A stretch of DNA of 64,000 nt from an uncultured Actinomycetes bacterium (GTDB taxonomy: Bacteria > Actinomycetota > Actinomycetes > Streptosporangiales > Streptosporangiaceae): positions 44,590 to 108,589 of the forward strand of contig CAVUBD010000001.1 in NCBI GenBank assembly GCA_963739615.1. The letters are read 5' to 3'. This document shows, piece by piece, positions 1 to 8,768 of this stretch. The first letter of the stretch is position 1, and each line of letters starts with the position of its first letter. The translations under genes were made by a program, and so were the position numbers. A model generated the notes under the pieces. It did not search any database and was not told the DNA's origin. It saw nothing but the letters and a program-made list of their open reading frames with translations.

Positions 1-566
1 CCCGGGGAGGGTGCCCGCGACTGCGTACCGGCTGCAGAGGTACTCGAAGGCTTCCTCGGCCCCGCGCCTGCCCGCGAGCGCGCGGGCGAAGCCCAGCAGT
101 TCCTCCTGCTGGGCGGACCATTCCCGGGGGATCATCTGAACGAGCAGGTTCCTCGCGTACTCGCCCCACCGGTCCACCCTGGCTGCCAGGTCACGTGCTG
201 GGAGCAGGCCGGTAACTGGCTCTGCACCGTGCCCGGCTTCGCCGGCAGTGCTTACTTCTGGGCAGCGGGATGCCTCAGCCAGCAGGAATGCTCCGGTGAG
301 ACTCAGCGCGTCGCCAGCGTGCTCAGGCATCCCGAACGCCTCGATGCGGCGCCAGGTGCGTTCTTCTGCCGGGATTTCCGGTACCTTGCCCTGCTCCTGG
401 AGCCAGTTCTCGACGGAGCGCAGGTCGAAGGAGGGACTGGTGGCGGTGCCCCCCACGGGCTGGGGGAAGTCAGCGTAGCGGCGGCGCCAGTTGCTGACGG
501 CTGCCCTGCCAACGCCGCCGAGGCTGGCGATGCCGGACGCGGTGACGGTGGCGGGGCTGTCGCTCA
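1..566 (-). CDS. 5' part of a gene that runs off the window: N-terminal HTH domain protein, probably an N6-adenine DNA methyltransferase (RM/BREX-type)
   Basis: Absent from the ORF track because it has no stop inside the window. Reverse-strand ATG at 564-566 is preceded by GGAGG. The translation MSDSPATVTASGIASLGGVGRAAVSNWRRRYADFPQPVGGTATSPSFDLRSVENWLQEQGK... matches the HTH N-terminus I associate with actinomycete N-6 DNA methylases. The catalytic part lies outside the window. Confidence 0.55.
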
Positions 567-693
567 TGCTCGCCTCCTAATGACATGTTGCGGTGTGGCC
601 CGCCGTGTGAACTGAGGCCGGGGATCGGTTATGTGAATATAGGCCACGTCCGCCCGGATTCGCGAGGCTGCCCGCGGCGCGATCGCTGCCGCC

Positions 694-1983
<1,290 letters not shown>

Positions 1984-2159
1984 TCCCGACCTCCTGCGCC
2001 GTCCGCTCGACCCTGCGACATGTGAATGCTAGCAGTTCCCGAATTCTTGTTGACGGTATTCACAAAGTCTGGTCTTATTGTCATGTCCGAGATGGCTACG
2101 GAGCCCGGTCCCCGCGTCCCGCAGGGGCCTTGCGCTCCGAGGTGCGGCGGGAGCACGCG
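1984..2159. promoter_or_regulatory. Divergent promoter region between the kinase gene and the nuclease/helicase/PIWI operon
   Basis: Locally AT-richer stretch. TTGACG at 2050-2055; 7-bp inverted repeat TGTGAAT (2021-2027) / ATTCACA (2058-2064). No clean -10 at canonical spacing. Confidence 0.35.
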
Positions 2160-3950
2160 ATGACTGGATGGCCGGTCCCCGACGGGGCTGAGGGAGACCC
2201 GCGCCTGGTGAGGGTCTTCACCTCGGCGGTGCGGGAGGGTGAGCAGGAATGCCCGATGCACCGTGCGCTGAAAGCGCACCCGCGTATCAAGACTACGGTG
2301 GCGCCGGCGTTCAAGAGCCAGGACTTCGAGGATTTCCCCCTTGAGCCGGTGATGAGAGCGCTTGACCTCATCGAGGACGGCAAGGCCGGCGTGGCTGAGG
2401 CCCTTGATGGCCTGTCACGGGCGGCTTCCGAGGCCAGGCGGGGACGCGGGGAGAAGCGGTTGCACCCGGGGCTGGTCCAGTGGGCCGCGCAGGCCGTCAC
2501 GCACTACCTGGAAGCAGCGCTGCCGACCGTTCAGATGCCCGGCGTCGGGCAGCCGGCGCTCGTCCCGGTGCGGGACGAGTGGGTTCAGCAACTGAACCTA
2601 GGGCGACTCGATGAGTCCGGCGTGCGGATGTACGAGCTGTGCGCCTGGGGCCGCCGGTACCAGAGCCCGGACGGCCTGTTCCGGGAGCTGCGCCTGCCCC
2701 GGTTCGGGACGGTCGAGGGCGCGGAGCGCGAGCCAGGCGAGGTCGCCATGGCGGCCCGCGTCCTGGCGTTCGGTTCCCCGGCGCGGGTCGCCGAGAAGAA
2801 GGGAAACGGGGCCTACGCCTGGCCTACGATGCGGGGGCGTCCTTACCTGGTGCGGCAGGGGACCCTGCCGTCCTGGGTCCGCGTCGTGGAGGTCGGCTGC
2901 GGCGACGGCAGCGCCAGGGTGCTCTTCGAGGGCGACCCGGACAAGGCACAGCGCGAGTATGAGGAGGCCCGGGGCCGGCTCCGCGCCACCGTGGATTCCG
3001 CGGAGCGAAGGCCCGGTCGCAGCTGCGCCAGCTGCCGCCTTGCTCCCACCTGCCTGGACCTGCGCAAGGTCCCCGGGCTCCTCGGAATAGCTGACGCCAC
3101 ACGCCCTCGGCGCACCCTCTCCGTCACTGACCTGCGCCGCCACGAGAAGTGCCCGGCGCAGGAGCACCTAAGGCGCCTGCGCCTGCCCCGAAGGCTCGAC
3201 ATCGAGTACGGCAGCCGGGCCGTGCAGCGAGGGAAAGCGGTCCACAAGCTCCTGGAGCACCTGCACGCCCGCACGCCGCACCGGCGCTGCACCCTCGCGG
3301 ACGTCCCTGACCCCCGGGGATGGGGCGCCGGCGAGTGGCACCTGACCGGTCGTGAAGCGGAGCTCGGCGCCCAGATGATGGCCCGGCACGTCGCCGTCTG
3401 CCCCCTGAAGTACGCCGACCGCGACATGCCCCTGAGCACGGAACCTGTCCTGGCCTTCGACGACCCGGCATCTGACACCGTGGTGATCGCCGAGCCCGAC
3501 CTGCTGTACTGGGACGGCGGCGGCAGGGTGTGGCGGGAGACCAAGACCACCGGGTACATCGCGGACCGGTCAGGGAAGGACGTCCTGGAGGTATATCCCC
3601 AGGCGGCGCTCGCGCTGGTGCTGCTGGCTGAAGGTGTCCTCGGCGGTGACCCTGCCAGGTCGCGGGTGGAACTGGAGATCCTCCGGCCCTCCGGTCCTGA
3701 CCTGGAGCTGATCAGCGCCGGCGATCCCGGTCGCGTCGCGAAGGCCCGCGAGGTCATCGCGTCGCTCGCTGGTCCCTGGCACTCCGACCGCGAGTTCACG
3801 GCCAACCCGGGGAAAAAGCGGTGCGCGGACTGCGAAGTCGCCCAGTGGTGCCCGTCGGCCCTCCCCGCCCTGCCAGATGAGGGAGACGTGCGGCCCGGCG
3901 GGCAGAAGGACGCCCCGCCGGCTCCGTCCGCACAGTCGGCCGCCGCCTGA
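2160..3950 (+). CDS. Cas4/RecB-family PD-(D/E)xK nuclease with a 4-Cys Fe-S signature, fused to a ~300-aa N-terminal region of unknown function
   Basis: ATG at 2160 is preceded by GGGAG; the track ORF start at 1848 would overlap the kinase gene. C-terminal half carries EKCPAQ (first Cys), AEPDLLYW (D), WRETKTT (ExK), YPQAALAL (QxxxY-like) and CADCEVAQWC (CxxCx5C) at about 3822-3851. Confidence 0.75.
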   Translation: MTGWPVPDGAEGDPRLVRVFTSAVREGEQECPMHRALKAHPRIKTTVAPAFKSQDFEDFPLEPVMRALDLIEDGKAGVAEALDGLSRAASEARRGRGEKRLHPGLVQWAAQAVTHYLEAALPTVQMPGVGQPALVPVRDEWVQQLNLGRLDESGVRMYELCAWGRRYQSPDGLFRELRLPRFGTVEGAEREPGEVAMAARVLAFGSPARVAEKKGNGAYAWPTMRGRPYLVRQGTLPSWVRVVEVGCGDGSARVLFEGDPDKAQREYEEARGRLRATVDSAERRPGRSCASCRLAPTCLDLRKVPGLLGIADATRPRRTLSVTDLRRHEKCPAQEHLRRLRLPRRLDIEYGSRAVQRGKAVHKLLEHLHARTPHRRCTLADVPDPRGWGAGEWHLTGREAELGAQMMARHVAVCPLKYADRDMPLSTEPVLAFDDPASDTVVIAEPDLLYWDGGGRVWRETKTTGYIADRSGKDVLEVYPQAALALVLLAEGVLGGDPARSRVELEILRPSGPDLELISAGDPGRVAKAREVIASLAGPWHSDREFTANPGKKRCADCEVAQWCPSALPALPDEGDVRPGGQKDAPPAPSAQSAAA

Positions 3951-3967
3951 CCAGAGACGAGGAACTC

Positions 3968-5134
3968 ATGATGCCTGAACAGCCGCTCCCCCTCGTCCCG
4001 CACAACGGGACGGTCCTCCTGCGCACTGTGGCCACCGCGGTCCTTGACCTGAGCGACGTGCCGAACCCGGGCACGTTCACGCTGCCCTACCCGGCCGAGG
4101 CCCAGCGCGCCCTGGACCGTACTGTTCTCGCCTGCCTGCTGCGCGGGGCCGAGCCGCCGCGCGGCGTCCCGGACCTGCTGGTCTGGTGCCGGGAGATCCC
4201 GGTCGTTGACTGGCCGCTGGACCTGCCGGAGGACCTGGTGGCCCCGAGTGAGTACCTGATCGACCCGCACGGCCTGGAGCCGACGCAGCTGTGCTACGAG
4301 TGGGCGATCAGCCACCGTGACTCGGCCGCCGAGCAGGTCGAGCGCGAGATGGTCTTCACGGCCATCGAGCAGTGCCGCGCAGCGCGCAGCCCGGAGGCGT
4401 ACGCGGCCTTCCGCCGGCTGCTGATCGAGCACCCGGTGCTCACCCGCGAGCAAGCCGCAGCGACCGCGCTCGAGCCGGCCTTCCTCCCGGTCGCAGCGCT
4501 GCTGCCGCACGTCTACCTGCCCGCCCCGGCCGGCTGGGCAAGCGGCGGCGTGCTCTACTCGTGCGGCCGGTGCAGGACCCTGTTGGTTCCCACCCGGGAC
4601 GACGGCTGGTGGTGCGAGAACGACCGCTGCCGCCGCACCGGCCCCGCGCCGGTCGGCCAGACCTACCACGAGGACGACGGCGGCGGGGTCCTCACGCTGA
4701 CCCGTCCCCTGCGCTTGTTCGTCACCGCTCCCGGAAAGGCGGAACTGCGGCTGGAGAAGAAGCTCCGCGGCCTGCGGCTCCGGCCCCAGATGTGGCCCGA
4801 GTACGACGCGTACGACCTGCTCGTCCCGCTGCCCGGCGGGCAGGAGTGGGCTGTCGACGTGAAGGACTGGGCTAGTCCCGCCCTGCTCGGCCGCCAGATC
4901 AGGCCGCTGCCCAAGGCCCCACGGCACGACAAGGCCTTCATCGTCGTACCCGACCACCGCCTGAGCCGCAGGCCCGGCTACCTGGACATCGTGATCAGGA
5001 ACATGCGCAAGGCCGCCGCGTCAAAGGTGGCGGTCATGAGCGAACGGCAGTTCACCGCGGCGGTCCGCGATGCCCTCGCGGAGCACGGCGGCTACGGCGC
5101 GGACCACGAGAGCGCGGAGGATGATGATGCGTGA
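3968..5134 (+). CDS. Restriction-endonuclease-fold protein with an internal zinc ribbon (pPIWI-RE-associated REase type)
   Basis: 388 aa; GAGGA lies before the ATG. CGRC...CENDRC zinc ribbon at about 4561-4632. PD-(D/E)xK-like AYDLLVP...EWAVDVKDW at about 4810-4866. Sits between a nuclease and a helicase in the same operon. Confidence 0.6.
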   Translation: MMPEQPLPLVPHNGTVLLRTVATAVLDLSDVPNPGTFTLPYPAEAQRALDRTVLACLLRGAEPPRGVPDLLVWCREIPVVDWPLDLPEDLVAPSEYLIDPHGLEPTQLCYEWAISHRDSAAEQVEREMVFTAIEQCRAARSPEAYAAFRRLLIEHPVLTREQAAATALEPAFLPVAALLPHVYLPAPAGWASGGVLYSCGRCRTLLVPTRDDGWWCENDRCRRTGPAPVGQTYHEDDGGGVLTLTRPLRLFVTAPGKAELRLEKKLRGLRLRPQMWPEYDAYDLLVPLPGGQEWAVDVKDWASPALLGRQIRPLPKAPRHDKAFIVVPDHRLSRRPGYLDIVIRNMRKAAASKVAVMSERQFTAAVRDALAEHGGYGADHESAEDDDA

Positions 5135-8100
5135 CCGCAACACCTGGCAGGCAGGCCTCGCGGACGAGCTGGAGCCGCACATGGAAGGCCCCAAACCCCG
5201 GCCTGCGGCGTACCGCCTGTGCGAGGCCGAGCTGGGCCTCTACCTGATGGAGCAGCTCATCCCGGGGCATCCCGCCGAGGCGGGATGGACGCTGCTGGGA
5301 GGCTACCCCTTCGCCCCCGCCGTTGGTGCCCTCACCACCCTGGGGCAGGAGCGGATGCTGCAGATCGCCAGGCACCTGCTGTGGCCGCTGCGGCGCCCGC
5401 GGAGCTGGACCCTCGCGCTGGACCGCTACGCCGGGGTCGACGAGAGGCTGCGGGGGTACGTGCTGGACGGCCCCGGCGACACGGCGCGGCGCCGCCGCCC
5501 GGCCATCGCCGCGCACCGCTGGGACGCCTATGCCGCCGCGCTGGCCACGCCGCCGCCCTTCGTCATGCAGCCGACCCCTGTCGCGGCCCCGGGGCGGTAC
5601 AGGTTCCGGGAACGGCCAGCACGCAACGGCGCCGAGCTGCTGTGGACCGGCGTCGAGCTTCCCGATGCCCTGCCCGCCCTGCGGGGTGCCGAGCACGAGC
5701 TCGGCACCCCGCTGGCCGGAGGCGGGAAGCCGCTGCGCGTCCGCTGGGACGAACTGGCCGATACCGCGGCCTGGATGGACGCGGAGCTCGCCGCCCGCAA
5801 CGAGCCGCCGGGACGGTGGGCCTACCGGTTCAGCCGCGTGGGGCTGTCGGTCCGCGACGCCGAAAGGTCAGACTTCACCGGGTCCGGCGTCCTGGCGATC
5901 GACCAGATGCTGCACATCGTCGGCATGGTAGGCGCAGGCAAGAGCACGCTCCGTGACGTGCTCGCGGTCTGGGCCGCCCAGCATGGGCTCCGTTCCACCC
6001 TCGTCGTCTCCGACGTCGCCGAGGCGCTCCAGCTGGTCGCGCTGTTCACCTCGCTCGGCTTCACCGCCGCCCCCGTGCTCGGGGCCTCCACCCGTGAACG
6101 GCACGTCCAGCGGATGCACCGGCGGCTGGCCGCCCGCGGGAACGCCTCGCTGCTCGCCCACGACTCCCCCGCCTTCGACTACCTCAGCACCGCGTGCCCG
6201 CTCGACGCGCTGCGCGGCGTGGAGGCCCCGGACCCTCTCCGCTTCTCCGACGCCCCGTGCGCGAACCTGTACCCGGCCCGCCGCAAGGACCAGGAGCGCC
6301 GGCTGTCCGCGCTCGCCCCGCCACCCGATGACGAGGAAGAAGAAGACGACAAGCCCCGCGGCAAGCGGCACAGCTGCCCGCTGTGGCACCAGTGCCCGCG
6401 CCACCACGCAGCACGGGAGCTGGTCGCGGCCGACATCTGGGTCGCCACCCCGGCGAGCCTCATCCATACCGCCGTGCCGTCCCAGCAGAATCCCGAGCGG
6501 CTGCGCTACCTTGAGCTGGCCTGCCGCCGCAGTGACCTGATCGTGGTAGACGAGGCCAACCGGGTCCAGATGCAGCTGGACATCATGTTCGCCCCCGCCA
6601 CCACCCTGGCCGGGAAGGCCCCCAACTCGTGGCTCGACGAAGTCCACGCCCGCAAGATCGAGGAACTCTCGCGCAGCGGGCGGACCCAGCTCTCTGACGG
6701 CGACGTGCGGCGGTGGACCGCCGCAGTCAACTCAGTCACCAGCGCCACAGACCGCATCTACGAGATCCTGCTCATGCAGGCCGACGTCCGCCGCTGGGTA
6801 GAGGCTGACTACTTCAGCGCCTGGACGCTCCAGCAGAAGCTCATCGATGAGTGGTTCGGCCCGGAGGAAAACCCCGGGCAGCCGGACGCGGCCGACGTCA
6901 TCGACCGGCCAGGCCCCGAATGGGACGACCCCCGGCACGACGAGCCGGCAGGCCAGGGCACCAGCGACGACACCGAACGGTCGCCAGGCCCCCGCAAGGA
7001 CACCGGGCAGAGGGCACTGGTAATCAAGATCCTCGACGACTTCCGCGATGACCCTCTCGGGGACACCGACAAGCACAGCGACGAGGTCAAAGCCCTCATC
7101 CAGCTCACCCGCCACCTGCTGCACGCCACCGGAACCAGGAACGTCCGCCAGCTCGTCCGCGAGCAGCTGCTGGCCCTGTTCGGGCAGCAGGATCCGACGC
7201 TCGCCGCGCATGCCACCAAGAAGGGCGGCGAGGACGCCAAGCGGAAGCTCGGGGAGCAGTGCCGGCAGTTCGAGTTCACGCTCCTGCTATCCGTCTTGCA
7301 CACGCGCCTGGACATGATGACCGAGATGTGGCCGCGGGTGGAGGCGGCGCTGAACCTCGTCGGGACGTCTAACGCGCTGTCCCGGCGGCCGCCAGAGGAC
7401 TACCGGCCCCTCGTCCCGGAATCGCCTATGGGCAACATCCTCGGGTTCCAGTTCCAGCCCGACTCCGATGCCGGCGAGCCGCAAAGCGGGGAACTGCGGT
7501 TCTTCCGGTGCGCCGGGTCAGGGCGTGAGCTGCTCCTCGGGCTGCCGCGCCTGACCGCCGCCGACGGCCTGCCCGCCCCGCACGTCGTGCTGATGTCAGG
7601 CACCAGCTGGGCGGGAACCTCCACCCGCTACCACGTGCTCACCGAGGTCGGCGCGGTCCTCAAGCCCCCGCAGAAACAACTCGACGCCATCGACCGGACG
7701 ACCTTCACCACCTGCTTCCTCAAGGACGCCGCCGGGAAGCCGCTGAAGCTCTCCGGCGCCAAGCCCCACCTGCGCCCGCTCGTGCTGGAGCAGATGCTCA
7801 GCCAGCTCGCCCGGCCGCGCCCCGACGGATCGGCCAGCCCGATGCAGGCAGAGCTCGCCGCCATCGACGACGACAACCGCCGGCGGCTGCTCCTCCTCAC
7901 CGGCAGCTACGACGAGGCCCGCAGGACGGCGGACTACCTGGAGACCATCGAGCGCTGGGCCGGACGGGTCTGCCGGCTCGTCTCCGACGACGCGGAGCAA
8001 GACCACCTGTGGCGCCAGGCCGCCCAACCGCCTTCCGCCCCCCGGGGCGGACCCGGGACGCTGCGGCGCGGGGACGTCGCGACCTTCGCCGAGACCGGCG

Positions 8101-8768
8101 CGGAAGTCCTCGTCGCCCCGCTCCTGGCCATCGAGCGGGGCCACAACATCCTCAATGACGAGGGGACGGCGGCGATCGGGTCAGTGTTCTTCCTCGCCCG
8201 CCCCCACCCCCGGCCGGACGACATCGGCCTGGCCATCCAGGCCGTGAACGACTGGGCCGCGCGGATGCTCAGGGACGGCAGCTTCGAGGAACTGGTTGAC
8301 TCCGCAGACAGCCTGGACGCCGCCGGCAAGGAGTTCCGCCACCAGGCCCGCGCGAAGTGGCGCTGGCTGCTGAGCCGGCAGCTGGCCTGGTCCCGGCTCG
8401 GCCCGGAGGAGAAGGCCTCGTTCACCTGGGACCAGCTCGTGGTCATCTGGCAGGTCATCGGCCGGCTCGTGCGCGGCGGCGTGCCCGCCCGCGTCGTCTT
8501 CGTGGACGCGCCCTTCGCGGAGCGGCAGGCCCGGGGGCTCACCGGCGACACGGCCGAGACCAGCCTCCTCGCCAGCATGCTGCACGTACTGGCCCCGTAC
8601 TGCGCCGACCAGGCCGGCACCGAACCGCCCGCCAGCGGGAACCCGGTCCCCGCCCTGGACCGCGTGCTCGTCACGACCCTCTACAAACCGCTCTACATGG
8701 CCCTGTCCCGCCTCTTCCCCGCCTCTGAAGCGGACCCCGCCGCGATCACGCACCTGGAGACCTCGTGA
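5121..8768 (+). CDS. Large P-loop helicase, DinG/XPD-like (pPIWI-RE-associated helicase type)
   Basis: Start taken at the MMM cluster (5121-5129), overlapping the stop of the previous gene. Walker A GMVGAGKST at 5922-5948; VVDEAN box at 6543-6560. Four Cys lie between them (TACP, APCA, SCPL, QCPR; 6195-6395), resembling the DinG/XPD Fe-S insertion. Confidence 0.7.
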   Translation: MMMRDRNTWQAGLADELEPHMEGPKPRPAAYRLCEAELGLYLMEQLIPGHPAEAGWTLLGGYPFAPAVGALTTLGQERMLQIARHLLWPLRRPRSWTLALDRYAGVDERLRGYVLDGPGDTARRRRPAIAAHRWDAYAAALATPPPFVMQPTPVAAPGRYRFRERPARNGAELLWTGVELPDALPALRGAEHELGTPLAGGGKPLRVRWDELADTAAWMDAELAARNEPPGRWAYRFSRVGLSVRDAERSDFTGSGVLAIDQMLHIVGMVGAGKSTLRDVLAVWAAQHGLRSTLVVSDVAEALQLVALFTSLGFTAAPVLGASTRERHVQRMHRRLAARGNASLLAHDSPAFDYLSTACPLDALRGVEAPDPLRFSDAPCANLYPARRKDQERRLSALAPPPDDEEEEDDKPRGKRHSCPLWHQCPRHHAARELVAADIWVATPASLIHTAVPSQQNPERLRYLELACRRSDLIVVDEANRVQMQLDIMFAPATTLAGKAPNSWLDEVHARKIEELSRSGRTQLSDGDVRRWTAAVNSVTSATDRIYEILLMQADVRRWVEADYFSAWTLQQKLIDEWFGPEENPGQPDAADVIDRPGPEWDDPRHDEPAGQGTSDDTERSPGPRKDTGQRALVIKILDDFRDDPLGDTDKHSDEVKALIQLTRHLLHATGTRNVRQLVREQLLALFGQQDPTLAAHATKKGGEDAKRKLGEQCRQFEFTLLLSVLHTRLDMMTEMWPRVEAALNLVGTSNALSRRPPEDYRPLVPESPMGNILGFQFQPDSDAGEPQSGELRFFRCAGSGRELLLGLPRLTAADGLPAPHVVLMSGTSWAGTSTRYHVLTEVGAVLKPPQKQLDAIDRTTFTTCFLKDAAGKPLKLSGAKPHLRPLVLEQMLSQLARPRPDGSASPMQAELAAIDDDNRRRLLLLTGSYDEARRTADYLETIERWAGRVCRLVSDDAEQDHLWRQAAQPPSAPRGGPGTLRRGDVATFAETGAEVLVAPLLAIERGHNILNDEGTAAIGSVFFLARPHPRPDDIGLAIQAVNDWAARMLRDGSFEELVDSADSLDAAGKEFRHQARAKWRWLLSRQLAWSRLGPEEKASFTWDQLVVIWQVIGRLVRGGVPARVVFVDAPFAERQARGLTGDTAETSLLASMLHVLAPYCADQAGTEPPASGNPVPALDRVLVTTLYKPLYMALSRLFPASEADPAAITHLETS

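Noticed and set aside
2843-4957. 704-aa antisense ORF. Similar long ORFs occur opposite real genes, for example 9784-10878(-), 11301-12590(-), 29827-30924(+), 34813-35955(+), 35787-36725(+), 51812-52852(-) and 53830-54717(-).
   Set aside because: These are typical high-GC shadow ORFs. Their translations are Arg/Pro/Gly/Ala-rich and low-complexity with no motifs, and each lies opposite a gene with clear family signatures.
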